NCBI GenBank assembly: GCA_017654855.1 | Contig: CM030338.1 | Location: 372,001-436,000 of the forward strand | Reading direction: 5' to 3' | DNA length: 64,000 bases | From: Podospora anserina | Lineage: Eukaryota | In this document: positions 47,755 to 60,200 of the stretch, piece by piece | How positions within the stretch are numbered: position 1 is the first letter of the stretch | Layout: every line of letters starts with the position of its first letter | The notes under the pieces: generated by a model | The model's input: only the letters and a program-made list of their open reading frames with translations | What the model was told of the DNA's origin: nothing | Database searches by the model: none | Made by a program: the position numbers and the translations under genes

Positions 47755-48916
47755 TGCTTTGGCTTGGAATCGCTACTTCGGCATTTCACACGGACGAAAG
47801 ATCCTGTAGCGTTCAGAATCACTTTCCGACCTCTCCCTACTGCTGAGCTGGCATCCTGAAAGAAGCTGCAGGGTTTCTGAGCTGGCCAAGCAACATATAC
47901 CGACAAGAGAAAGCAGCTCGCATGGCTCGAACCGCACTGATGAGGTAATCCTCCCCATCTGCGCAGATCGGATCCATCAGGCAGACTGGGCGAATATCTC
48001 TGACGAAGAAATCGACCTGGACTTTTCGCAAAATGGATCTTCGGGCGAATGAAAGCGGGTCCGGAGGCCGCTGCTGCTGCATGACGTGCCGCATAAGTGA
48101 GGGTGTGGCTCTAGAGTATCCTGCATGGACGAACGAGAGGCCAGACTTTCACCGAAAATGAGACCTGGTGGAGCTGATGTTGCAGGTTCGGAGATATTCT
48201 CCAACGGGTTGAGGCTTGCACCTGAAGCCATCTTGGAGTCGCATGTGATGACATTTGTAGAGTTAATCCCCGGCCATAGTAGGGACCTACCTAACGTACC
48301 TAGGTAGGTAGTCCAATCGACGAGACATACTCCGAATCCAAATCAACAGACATAAAGTGCTACTGATTGTGTTTTAGACCACGTCTCCCTGGTGCCTAGC
48401 CATGAACAGCGGCAGCTATCTTTCTCCAGAAAACCCTCCTTTCTTTGACTGCTGGCCAGCCATGCAAAGCTAACGCATGCAGCCTCTATCGAGCTGCATC
48501 GATGGTGCCATGCATGGACCAGTCGTCCAACCAGTCAGGGGGCTTCGGGACATTGGCAAGCGAACTTTTTGTCTGCAGGGTGTCACTGATCGCTTTGTCG
48601 ACGGCTCGGAATTACTGTCATCCAGACTTATTTGCAGATTCCTTCTGCTTTGACGCCCGCTCAGACATCAAAAGGGTCATTGCACATGCATCTGAATATC
48701 AACTTCGCATAACTCATAACTTCATACCTGCCTTTTGTGCACGGTTATGCCACCCCTTTTCCTACCCCTTTTTTCGGCCCCTTTTACTTACCCCACCTTC
48801 AAACAACCGTCCTTACCCGCAATTCATTGCGCACACAAAAAGACTTCACAGTAAATATCCAAAATTTCTGTCTCATGTTTTCCATGTTGCGATGGATGGC
48901 AATCAAGATGACAGGT

Positions 48917-49600
48917 TTAGCTCTCCCTACATCCTTCTTTCTCGGACACTCCCCCCATCCTCTCCAACACACGTAAACATTCCGTAGCTAATCCCCTGAA
49001 GTCTCCTTGAAGACTACAAGCCCCGACGTCTTTGTCTTGCTCTACGTCACGTCTTCCATGTGTCATTTTTGGGTATTCTTCACACTCGTTCGCTGAGCGG
49101 GGTAAGACGACTTCGCGACAACGTTCCTCAGCTTCGACAGCCATTTCCACTAGAATCGTGTCGACATGTCCTCGGAGCCTGATCATCTCCAGCTGTTCTG
49201 AGAGACTTGATGGAGAAGGTATCAAGTGAATTTCTAAACGCCCTTCCTCGTTACTTTTTCCAGGTATGAGAGGTTGAGAGTTCCAAATGATAGATGAAGT
49301 GGACTGGTAGGATCTGATAACAATCTCCGGGTCTTGGAAGATTTCTGGAGATGAGAAAAAGATGTGATTGAGGCAAATCGCATCTAGAGACCGGAGAAAA
49401 TGAGCGATAGATGGTGTGATTGTTTTCAAGGAGTGGGCAAAGGTGGTTGCTTTGGACATCGGCTGTTTGAAAGTAGTATGACCTTCGCAAGTTGGGTTGA
49501 ACGATGTGCATTCGGTGCTGCTGGCAGAGCTGTAGATTGTAGAGTGGAGTGTGATGAGAATTAGAACCGTGGGGCATGGGTCAAGATCAAAAAGATTCAT
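48917..49600 (-). CDS. Hypothetical protein (227 aa)
   Basis: ATG-initiated ORF with plausible composition. No family recognised. Confidence 0.4.
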   Translation of the reverse strand: MNLFDLDPCPTVLILITLHSTIYSSASSTECTSFNPTCEGHTTFKQPMSKATTFAHSLKTITPSIAHFLRSLDAICLNHIFFSSPEIFQDPEIVIRSYQSTSSIIWNSQPLIPGKSNEEGRLEIHLIPSPSSLSEQLEMIRLRGHVDTILVEMAVEAEERCREVVLPRSANECEEYPKMTHGRRDVEQDKDVGACSLQGDFRGLATECLRVLERMGGVSEKEGCRES

Positions 49601-49982
49601 GGCTTGCTCCTGAAACTTGTGGGGGAGGTGATTGGTGGGAGATAGTAACAGATTTTGCGTTGTTGCGAGAGCGAAGGATTCTATTTGACTGCCACCTATC
49701 TCTTCGTTTCTTATCGACTAGTTTACGGGCTCAAAGGAGGATTTGCTGACAAAGTTGAGCAGAGAATGGAATGCCTTGACGCTTTGACTGTTCCATTCAG
49801 GCTATAAGGTACCTTTACAATTTGAGACAAGCATAATGGAGCACGCGGAGCAAAGAAGGATGCGACATTTGTATGAGACCAGCTACATACTTCTTGCCCC
49901 TGAACCAAAACGCCTGACGCCATGATTGTTACCTTGCCTCCCTAAACACCGTCATATGCCATTTATCTAAAGCCCCTCTAGC

Positions 49983-51188
49983 TCAACCTCTGATCACACG
50001 ACGAACCTCCCCATATCGGTCCCGCTCATCACGATAGACAGCCTCTGTTGTACGCCTGCTGCTTCTTCCGTCATCGCGGTAGGGATCCCTTTCAGAGCGC
50101 CTGGTGCTCGAACGGCCATCATCGCGATACACATCCTCCCTCCGAGAAGAAGAACGGACCTCTTCTTTGCGGCTCGAGTGACGGCCATCCGTGCGTACCG
50201 TGGTATCATCCCGCCTGGAACTCTTGACGCTCATTCCGGACATCTTCATGGTTAATTCCGTCATACCACCAGGATGTCCAGGCCGTGTTGAATCGGATCG
50301 GCGGGAGCTGTCTCCATAAGGGTCCCCTCCTCCAGCACCAGGCCGACCACTGCTGGGACCCGAGCGGCGGCTTCCATCACCGCCGGCTGGAGGTGGTGCA
50401 CGGCTGCTTCCAGCACCGCCGCCACCGCCACCACCAGCGCTGGTAGAGCTCGTTGCTACCCGGAGAATGCGCGGCTTGATCCAAGTGCAGCCAAGGCGGG
50501 CGCAGATATCCTGACAGCAGGCATTCTTTTGATGACCCGGGGCGCAAAGCTCCTGGACTCCGATGTAAGGGTCCCTAGTCTGCTGCTCGCGAGGACGGTA
50601 GTCGTATCCGGGTCTGAATCCATACACGATGATACGGATAGGACCATCGCGCGCGTAGAACTTTCCTCCACGGATGAACCTATCGCGGTAGTTTCGCTCG
50701 ACGAGGTAGTAAAGGACATCCTCCGCGTGGATGTGGTCGGGGTGGGGCCCGTCTCTGTTGCTTCTGACCTCCCGCTGGCGTGTGGTAGGGTTGGTGACTG
50801 TGACGAAGGACGAAGCAGCATGCCACCAGTTCACTGCGTAGGTGGAGCCGTACTGTGAGATTTCCTGTCGGAAGACACCTCGGGGAATGGTGCTCTGGTA
50901 AATAACACCGCCGTCAAGTCCAAATGGGATGTACATGGTCGCAACCAGGAGAGATCCAGTTCTTCTGCTTTGTCCGATAAAGGCTCTGGATCCGTACTTG
51001 TTATCGAGCCAGTCATATGACTGTCGTCCGAATGCTTCCAGCTGCTCATCAGTAGGAGGGTAAGGATTATCCCACATGATCTCCCTCGTCCAAGTTGCAG
51101 CGCTGACGCGGTCAGTACCTTCAAGTCTCTCATCAACATGAGTGACCATCAGGGGAGGGGGAGAAGGGGTGCGGGATTGCCTGGACAT
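49983..51188 (-). CDS. Putative zinc-dependent deaminase-fold protein with disordered G/R/S/D-rich tail (401 aa)
   Basis: Intact single-exon ORF; HAE at 50721-50729, strand IRIIVYG, then C-x9-CQD; low-complexity RDDGRSSxRR repeats at the C-terminus. The fold assignment is inference. Confidence 0.7.
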   Translation of the reverse strand: MSRQSRTPSPPPLMVTHVDERLEGTDRVSAATWTREIMWDNPYPPTDEQLEAFGRQSYDWLDNKYGSRAFIGQSRRTGSLLVATMYIPFGLDGGVIYQSTIPRGVFRQEISQYGSTYAVNWWHAASSFVTVTNPTTRQREVRSNRDGPHPDHIHAEDVLYYLVERNYRDRFIRGGKFYARDGPIRIIVYGFRPGYDYRPREQQTRDPYIGVQELCAPGHQKNACCQDICARLGCTWIKPRILRVATSSTSAGGGGGGGAGSSRAPPPAGGDGSRRSGPSSGRPGAGGGDPYGDSSRRSDSTRPGHPGGMTELTMKMSGMSVKSSRRDDTTVRTDGRHSSRKEEVRSSSRREDVYRDDGRSSTRRSERDPYRDDGRSSRRTTEAVYRDERDRYGEVRRVIRG

Positions 51189-52693
51189 TTTCAGCAGGAA
51201 TTTTGCAAGACAAGAGAAACTGAGATTGAACCCTGTTCAAATAATAACAAATAAGGTAAGGAATGGATAGTGTGAGTTGAAGATCTCGACCGGCGAGATG
51301 GGAAAGAAAGACGAGAATGACAGAAGTGATCGAGCTGATGCTGACGAGGTATTGAAAGGGGAAGAGTGGTGACACAAGTCGGGTTGATATACATTTTCTA
51401 TCACGCCCTATGATCTCATAGTTCTTCCACATTCAACCCAAATATATCGCCAACGTAGCATTAACAGCCGTGGCCATGCCCAGGTTTAGGTGGCCCATCT
51501 TTTTCGCTATACGACGCCACCGTTCTATCATGAAGTTCGAGCTATAGTGGAGAAGAAGCTAATCGCAGAAGGGCTGATGGGCCTCTGGGAGGTCACAGTC
51601 TCCCCACCTTGACCAACATATGTGTTTCTGTAGGATTTTGACTCTGGGACCAGCCTGAATATACGGTTAGAGAACCCATCTTTGACCGACCCGCCGCGCC
51701 GTGCCTTACGGGGGTAGCCGAAGATCGAAGATTCCATTACGTTTGATGGCGGCACAGCCACCTATCCACCACCAACTCGGTACTCGGCACGGACACAAAA
51801 TGAAGTAAGACATGGCGTTCTGCTGAGTTGGATCAGGTCCTGATTTAGCTAAATCCCATCGTGGTAGCTTGACCCACAATTATCGAAGAGCTGCATGACT
51901 GCTTGTCGATATATATCGGTTAAGAAGCATTTACAGCCTTGTGTCTAGTGTGGCAATACCAGCTATATATTCAGTAAGTTGGCTCCTGAAGCTTTCCGTT
52001 TATTAACTAGATCTAAGGCTTCTTTTTTCTTACCTAGACTTCACCACCTACCTGACTCATAATATCTGGTTGGAGCTGACGAGGCACTTTCTTGCTCGTA
52101 ACTGGCTTCCATCGGGTAGCTGAAGCACATGCTGTGCCGCCACCACCACTGACCCATGTCCATACAGCCAAGTTCCATGTCTGTGGATATCTGGATGCAC
52201 ATCTGCGCCGCACTAAGACTGGTCATCTTGAAACTTGTGTCCTGCCTCGACCAAGAACGGTGGACCACCTGGGCCCTTCACTGGCCATTCGTGCCCGTCG
52301 AACATGGTAGCTTATTTCAACATGTTGTTGAAATGATCGTTCGATAACCTTCAATGAGAAAGGTTCAATGAGAGATAAGGTGCCCGATATCGAAAAATGA
52401 TCAGAAGCATTTGCACATGAAGTTTACAAAAGTGATTGGTTCAAAAAGACTGCCGGAAATCGCCCCGGTGCATTAATCGAGCAGCGATTGGTTGAACCAG
52501 CAAGCCCACTGACCCACTTGGGCAGTTTCTTGGGAAATCTGACGACATGGTTCGAGTTGCCAACTTCGTTGAACCAACCACCTGCCGAAACCAAGTCCGC
52601 TCGAGACTTCAACCATCATCACAAGGCTACCAAGTACACATGTAAAGTGCCTCCGCATTCGGTACCACAATGGTGCATCCCAAACACTTTCAT

Positions 52694-53750
52694 ATGGAGC
52701 TCGACGAGCACGCGCTACTGGAGGAATTCGATGAACGAGTGAAAGAAGGTGTCGTCATATACGAAGGTGACCATCAAGTCATCAGAGAAACGTACAATGG
52801 CTTTCCAGTAAGTTCCCAGGTTTGTTCCTGAACGCCATGCTGTTCACTCACGGTTAACACTCTGACTTCAGTTCGAGTTCCGAATCCTCAAAGGCCACGC
52901 TTCCAAACCCGAAGTCTCCAGTTCTGGCAGTACCCCCTCGGCTTCCTCAGCCTCTATCTCGAGCAATGGGTCGACAGCCCACCGGCCAAAAACACCCGAA
53001 TACCTGCCTGGAAGCGACATCAGTCTCACTGGTTTTGAGGTCCGCAACTCCAATGCCGATGTCGGTCTCGGGCACTACATGATCTTCAACAAGTTTTGCG
53101 CTGCCCGGCCTCATTACTTGCTCCTGACGCAAAATGGACACCGACGACAGCACGAGAGCCTGAATTTCGACGACTTTGGTACTTTGTGGGGGGTATTGTC
53201 GGTGTTGAACAAAGACTGGGAAGCGAAGAAGCCTGGCGCCAGGCGGTACATGGGAATGTTCAATTGTGGAATCGATAGCGGGTGCAGCAGGTTGCACAAG
53301 CACATGCAAGTACTTGCAGTTCCAGATGAGGCCGAGTTTGGACTGTGGCCGGACTCGGCTTCAAAGTACGAGGAACCAAAGTGCATTCCGTTCAAGTACT
53401 ACAAACATGATATTGATGGGCGTTTGGATGAGCTCTCCAGAGAAAGAGAGGCCTGGGAAAGGTATTTCGAGTTTACAGCTGTTGCGCAAGAAGCATTGAT
53501 GAAGGCAGGTCATATCCCAAACGCGCCGGATGGGGTTGATGCTACCGAGATAGTTCCACACAACATTATTCTTACGCGGGAGTGGCTCCTGGTGATCCCG
53601 AGAACCCAAGCTGGAATGAACGGAGCTGATGCTAATGCTGCAGGGTATTTGGGCATGGTCTGGGTATCGGATGAAGGCAGGATGAGGAAGTGGACAGACC
53701 AAGGCCCTGTCGAGTTGCTAACGCGTCTGGGCTTACCCAAAGACATCTGA
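52694..53750 (+). CDS. Ap4A phosphorylase / ATP adenylyltransferase (Apa1/2-like, HIT superfamily), 2 exons
   Basis: Exon 1 from ATG 52694, intron ~52808-52871; NKF, HYLLLT, FNCG..SGCSRLHKHMQ (HxHxQ), HNIILTREWLLVIPR, NAAGYLG. Confidence 0.88.
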
Positions 53751-53866
53751 AGTCCGCCGTCTTCCATATCCAAGAGTTTTATAGTAAGCAGATAGACTGA
53801 AGATGTCTGTTTACCAAAGTGACTTCACAAAAGACCTGACTCATTCCTGGATATGTGTCAACAGCC

Positions 53867-54965
53867 TTAGCTCATCATCACGACTGCACTATTGTTATCC
53901 GGCCTCCCCTTTGACACTCGTCGAATTGCCCGCCAGGCAAGATCAAACCTCTTGTCGTTCTTCCCAAACTTGCACATGCTCGAATGATCACCTCCCATCA
54001 TGACCGCCTCCTCATGTGCTAGCCACAAGACGGCCGACATTTTCTCCACCACCAGGCTGCCCAAGAGACGATGCGGTTGCTCTTCGTAAAAGCTGGCAAT
54101 GGCGTACTGATTGACATAAGGCTTGAAGTCCTCGGAGAACTCAAGTAGATGTGGTGAATGGGTTTCGAGCACATTGATGAATCTCGACTTGGGCTGGTTG
54201 GTGGCTGTTTGCACAATGCGTGAGACAAGACCGAGCCACTTTGTTTTGTCAGCACCTCGGTGAGGGGTTCCAAAGAAGACCTATCTTCTGTCAGCACTGA
54301 CTGGGAGGAGTTTATACGATAGGGAGGTACTCAAATGACTTACTATGCCTCTGGTGCAGTCCGCTATGTCAGCGTACCAGGGTTGTGAGAGTCGCCGTCG
54401 GTTCTGATTAGCTGTGGATATGGCCTGTTTGATGACAATGCCACCAAGACTATGCCCAATAAAGACAATCGAGCGGCCTTCTGCTTCCTAGATTCCGATG
54501 TCAGCGAGCCTGCGTGAAGACGTTTGCATATCAAGGTCACCTACGTCTTCCCGCACATTCCACAACTCTTCCAGAAGTTTTGCGGCATTCTCTTCTATCC
54601 CGAATGCTGACCTGTTGCCAAAGATGGATGAATCATACTCAAAGGTCATGATGCGAGCGTTTGGCAACTTTTCGGGCAAAAGGTCACGCAGCCATACTGT
54701 GTCTGTGTCGGTTTTGGTAGCACCCTTCCGTAGTAACCTACTCCAACGGCGAACCGGCTTGGCCGGAGCGTCCGTGTGAGTCCAGGTGTGAAGGTAATGT
54801 CCGTTGAGGCCATGTACAGCGATGATGCTTATGGTCAAGGTGGTCAGCGTATTTGAGACTGATAGGCATTTCAAAGGTAGGTGAGAACTACTCAAGCTCG
54901 ATGAGGCCCTCTTTGGGGGCATGTAGAAGGTGTATAGATCCAGATTGTTGGGAGTCGCCGGCCAT
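53867..54965 (-). CDS. Stand-alone SesB/DUF676-like alpha/beta hydrolase 1, 4 exons
   Basis: Spliced: MAGDSQ..IELD|IIAVHGLNGH..WLRDLLP..ARIMTFEYDS..|..IVFIGHSLGGIVIKQA..|VFFGTPHRG..DHSSMCKF. Confidence 0.88.
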
Positions 54966-55828
54966 GATTGGGAATCACGACGTGGCAGTGAACTAAGGTG
55001 ATGTCTCTTGTTCAACTTTTGATGTTTAGTTTGACTGACTGGGGGGCTCTGGAATGCGCGTATAGTATTATACGTTTCGGCTATCATGCGTCTTAATATT
55101 ATAGGTTCCCTTCCTATTTCCTGCTTCCATATCAAGTTGGGCACCCGTTTGCACTTCGGTACAGCGAACCTTCAGCTTCTCCTAGCACAGACAGAGTGAG
55201 TTGGCAAGGTCAAAATGACTCAGATTAGTCCCTTGCAGAGTCTGTACCTCTGACCTGGACCACTTGGAAGCACCAGATGCATCGCCACCTTTGCGGGCGT
55301 GAGCTTGTAAGTCGGGCAGGTATCAGGCAGTGTTGGTTGCAGCAGGCACAGGCCTCGGGTCTGATTCGACCAATAACCGCTGGATCCAGTATTTGCTTGG
55401 CATAGGACTTTTGATGGCCATTCCACCATTTTTGTTGTCTTGGTTATTGCACAAAAGAGAACAAGTCAACATAAGGTAGTGGGGGCATACGTTAGTCTCC
55501 CTCGAGCCGGACTTGCCGCATCAAGTTACCTGGGTGCGTTGGGTTGGGAATTTGCTCCATTTCTTGCTTGCAGTCTTACAGGTTGTCAAGGTTGATTGAC
55601 TACCCGATCCAAAAGTCAACACCAAATCACCTTGGTTTGTCGGCTGGATAAGGTCAGCAGGAGCTTATAACAACCACCGACTCCAGCCTACACATGGCTT
55701 CGACAGCTTTCGGTCCGATTCACAGGCCACACCTCCACACGTGACCTGACCCTCGCTACCCAGCCGCCATTCTACATTGAACTCGGGCTATATCGACACT
55801 ACGACGCAGATTTCAAGCCTCTGAAGCC

Positions 55829-57161
55829 ATGGCCCAGCCCAAGAGAATGCTCATCAAAGAGCTCCACACACCCGACTCATCCGACCTCGAGTAAGTGCCT
55901 TGCTTCTTCTCGTCTCTGTAAGTATCTCAGATGTGCTAAACTCGCTGTACCAGTCTTGTCCTCATTCACGGCCTCAACGGTGATCCAATCGAGACATGGC
56001 GACATCAGGACACCAAACAGGTCTGGCCCCAGGCGCTGTTGCCTGACGCTCGACCCAAGACCAGAGTGCTGTCTTATGGTTACAATGGTGATATCTACCT
56101 CAACAACTCTGCCGCCAATATTCGAGACATGGCCAGATCAATTCTTTCCAACCTTGATGCCGGCCGGAGATCTGACCCTCATCGTCCCATCATCTTTGTC
56201 GCCCACTGTCTGGGAGGTTTGATCATCAAACAAGCATTGTGCTTTGCCCGCGCTGAGCGCCGGTTTCACAACATTGGCGATGCTACAAAGGCTGTGGTAA
56301 GTTTTACGTCTTGCTTGCATACATCACACCGTCTGCTGACATGTCAAGTTTTTCTTTGGCACCCCTCACTCCGGAGCAAAGAAACAAGACTGGAAGCGCA
56401 TCGCTGAAAGTTATTCCGTCCTTTCCCCCCGCAGGGGCTCCGTGGCACCCATTGTCAATGCCATTACCACCTCTGCTCCCAGACTAGGCAAACTTTGCGA
56501 CGACTTTGTTGAGCTTACAGATCGCTATCTCATTGTGACATGGTATGAGACTGTGTTTTGGCCTGGGACAAAGAAGTGTATCGTCGACCAAACCAGCGCT
56601 AGAATGATGGCAGGTGGCAACGAAGAGGCTATGCCAGTGGAGGCTGATCATGTCAATATGTGCCGCTTTGCAGGGGGAGATGATCCAACGCTGCAGGAGC
56701 TGCTGATGTTTGTTCAGAGAGCCCTTGGGAAGGAGGAGAGAATGGTCCCTTTAGGACAAATACCGAGTGGCGAGGTATCCGACACTCAGGGACGCACCGC
56801 CAGGACTACAATTCGGCAGCCCTACACCATTTTCACGGAAACAGTGAGGGAGAGACACATCATGATTGGCGCTGACCTCACTGGCCAGGTGCACAGCCAG
56901 CAGAGGAGTGTGACTGTGGAGAGTGGTGCTTCTGAGGCAATGACGCTTGGCCGTGTCGAGGAGGTGGAGGATGATGACTCTAATAGAGCCAATCATGCTC
57001 AATCTCCAAGTCAAATCGGGGCTCCTCCCGTCTCAGAGGCAGAGGAAATGCCTTGGGGAGCAAAACTTGATGCTTCTGACTCCGGCCGGGACTCGCGGAG
57101 GCCGAACTTCCTGAAGCGTTTTGCCGGCCGTCTGCGTTCGAAGCAGACCTTGATCAGATAG
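55829..57161 (+). CDS. Stand-alone SesB/DUF676-like alpha/beta hydrolase 2 with Cys at the nucleophile position and a C-terminal extension, 3 exons
   Basis: MAQPK..DLD|LVLIHGLNGD..RVLSYGYN..IIFVAHCLGGLIIKQAL..|FFFGTPHSG..ADHVNMCRF, then a ~140-aa polar tail. Confidence 0.88.
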
Positions 57162-57299
57162 ACCATTTTGCTAGCTTTTAGACATATAAAAACGGTGGCT
57201 TTGTGTCAGCAGCGATGTTCATACTCCTATATTCTCTAACTCATGTCTGTCGCGTTGCGGGTATCAGTAGGTATATAAGTCATCAACAGTAGCCGAATC

Positions 57300-60200
57300 T
57301 CAGTCAGAGTCAAAATCCTTGCCTCGGACTGCCTTACCTGTGATATTCTCGTTAGCTTAGGCCAGACCAAATCATCCGAACTGTGGTGCGACGTACCAAC
57401 ACTACTGACTGCTTTCTTGATATTCCCGAAATAGCTCCTTTGTTTCCTGTTCTTCTTCTTCTCGATGTATTGTATCCTGTCGATCTGCTGCACCTCTGGT
57501 TTGATCACTACTTTGACAACGTCCCTCGGAACTTCTCTCACGACGTCCACTTTGACCTCTCTTACGACGTCTACTTTGACTTCTTTCACGACCTCTTTGA
57601 CAACTTGTTTCTCGACTGGAACCTCCTTTACGACCTCTCTCTCCACCTCAATAATCTCCTTCTCAATGATGATCATCGGTTGCGAGGATTGCAATCGTAT
57701 CTTATCTTCCTTCCTGCTGGCCCTCTTGACGTGTCCGGATCTCTCGTGCGGAGGAAGGGTGCAACCCGATGTATCGGCCTGGCGTCGGGTTGTCTGGTGC
57801 CGTGGAGGCAATGATCCAGAAACCTCACTGTCACCGCCTCCTGGGTTGTCAGGCGGGCTATTGACAATCTTGTCCGCCAGACGAAGGTCCTCCTCGGGGA
57901 AGGCTTGCTCCGACCCCCTTCTCATGAACCACCACACTTCGGTCCAAGACTTGGCACGACCATCCCCTTCTTGCGTCAGCAATTCTTTCTGTCTCTGGGT
58001 GTCTGCGTCAACGTCTTCCCCTGCTTGATGATAGTGTTTGTGCCAGTATAGCGAAGCATAACGCATGAACGGGCGGTCCTTCAATGTCTTCCGGATTCGA
58101 GACTCCCAACTGGTTTCGGAGCTTTCTCCAGCCGGTCGTTCTGCCTCTTGCATGCTGAGGTACATTGTGCAACTGCTTGCGAGTAGGCCTTGAGGGGTGA
58201 GTTCCTCTGGGTTCTTCTCAGCAATAGTTTCGAGCTTGGTTGCAATATGGCTCTTGGCGGTTCGGTGAAGAGACGAAAGGCGTCCATCAGCGAAGTTGAC
58301 AAGCGGTCCGCAGTAGAAATCGACTTTGGCCTTGAGGTTCTCGTCGAGGCAATCGGCTAGCTGTTTCTCTGTGATGATGGCTCCTGGGAACTTGCGCATG
58401 GCTTTGGCCACTGCCAAAGCGGTGTTAAGTTCCGTGATGTTGAGCGCATCTTCCTGAAAGGCGGCCCAGGTGAGGACATTTTTGATGAACCGGGATGTGT
58501 CTGGATCGTAGCTGTTTAGCAGGCGGTCTGAGTGGCGATCACAGAGATGCTGTGTATCATCTGGAATCTCTTTCAGAGCCTTTAGAATGTCGTCTTTGTC
58601 CTTCAGGCGTGTGCGTTTCAGCTCTTCGCTTCTTAGAATTGACCGCAGATACGAGTCATCGACCCTGTTGCCCTTGATGTCACCCAGCACCCTCGTTCTG
58701 AAATCTTCGTCACCAGGTGCTACCTTCTCCAACAGACGTGTCAAAAGGCCGCTGATACTTCTCATAATGTCTGCCTCATTGTCTCCTCGTTGAATGGGGC
58801 AGTCGTTGATTCCCAGGCTTTGAATGTGCTTCTGGATCGTTGAGTTGTGTTGGGAGACCACCAACAATCTCAACTGCTTGGACTGACCGAGGCCTTGGTC
58901 TAGCTTCTTGATACATTGTAAAAAGGCCGTTTGGTCATCAGAAGGGATTTCATCTAGCCCGTCAACGACAAGCGTCATGGTGTGTTGATATCCCATGATC
59001 ACTCTTGCCATTGCTATGGGCCACAGCTCCACTAGCCTTTCTGCCGTCCACACCGATCCTTTTGATCTTTCTCGTGATTGAGCATCCTCAAAGGTTGGCA
59101 GGAGGAACTCCTTGATGATTTGAGGCTGAAGTCGCAAGGCCTGGTGCAAAGTAGATTGTAGAAGAGCATCGATGTTGTTTCTTGATGCATACATGTTGCT
59201 GAGAAAACAATGAATGACCTCCTGCCTTTCGTGTGGAACCGTGCTGTCAGATCGGACAATGTTGTTAGGCTGTAGGATGTGTGTAATGATGTGCTTGGTC
59301 AAGAAGCTTTTACCGCTGCCTGCCGGGCCGTGTATCCACAGCTTGCCATTCCCAGCCTCCCCTTTGCACCAATATTGAAACTCGGGACGCTCTTTTATCC
59401 AGTCGCCCGTTCCAGGAGTGTGCTGTCTCCCGAGAAAGTAGGCGTGGAATTTGTCGGAAGAGAGTGAATACAGGGCTCTCTTGGCTAAGTAACCAGCCAT
59501 GTCTGAAGGCATGTAGAAGTCTTAGTCAACATCCACATGAATAGACTGGACACGGAATCTCTGCATACGTACCCAGTGCATTTGGTTTGTCTTTTTTGAG
59601 AAACTCGACTCCGTCCCAAATGAGCCGAAACGCACCAGTTTCCTCTCTGGTAAATTGGCAGATTGTGAGATGGTTACCTGCGAGCATGTCGTGCCTCTCA
59701 TGACCATGATGCATTTTCCCATAAAGACTATTCACAAGCTAAGTAGTGAGGGAGCCTGTCAGCAGCTGCATTTCAAGCTTTGGGCTTTTATGGTGCATAA
59801 CTGGACAAGATGGAGAATACTCTAGGATACTGCAAGAGAGAGGTAGTGAAGCATGTACATACAACATGTTTCAGACCCGGCATTGGTTCTTCTTCAACAA
59901 ATGTAACAAATGCTAGGCTGTCATACAAGGGCTTGAAATCTTCTGTGATATCTCGGAGATTATCACAGTTTTTCTCAAGTTGTCGGACCATGGTGCGGGT
60001 GGGCATTGCTCCCTTTACTGGAGCGTCGTGTTGAAGCACAAATCGAGCAAAGTCCCTCCAAGTGTTCCTATCCAGCCCATGGTGAGGAGTTGCAAAGAAC
60101 ATCTGAGATTTCATTAGCGTCAGCTTCTCAGTGTTAGCCACCCCGATGACTGTTGCCGGTTGAAACTTACAACGCCGCGGGATGCCTCCCAAATCCCCCT

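Noticed and set aside
47773-48231. Possible upstream exon(s) of the Myb-like gene
   Set aside because: Protein-like start (MASGASLNPL...) but no in-frame splice path to 47754 could be established by eye.
48283-48312. Recurrent TACCTAGGTA / TAGGTAGGTA motifs (also ~20801, 29041, 41611, 44056)
   Set aside because: Common low-complexity intergenic motif in filamentous ascomycetes; no regular spacing or element boundaries.
51500-52650. Short ORFs between the deaminase-like gene and the Ap4A phosphorylase
   Set aside because: No coherent spliced product or family motif could be reconstructed.
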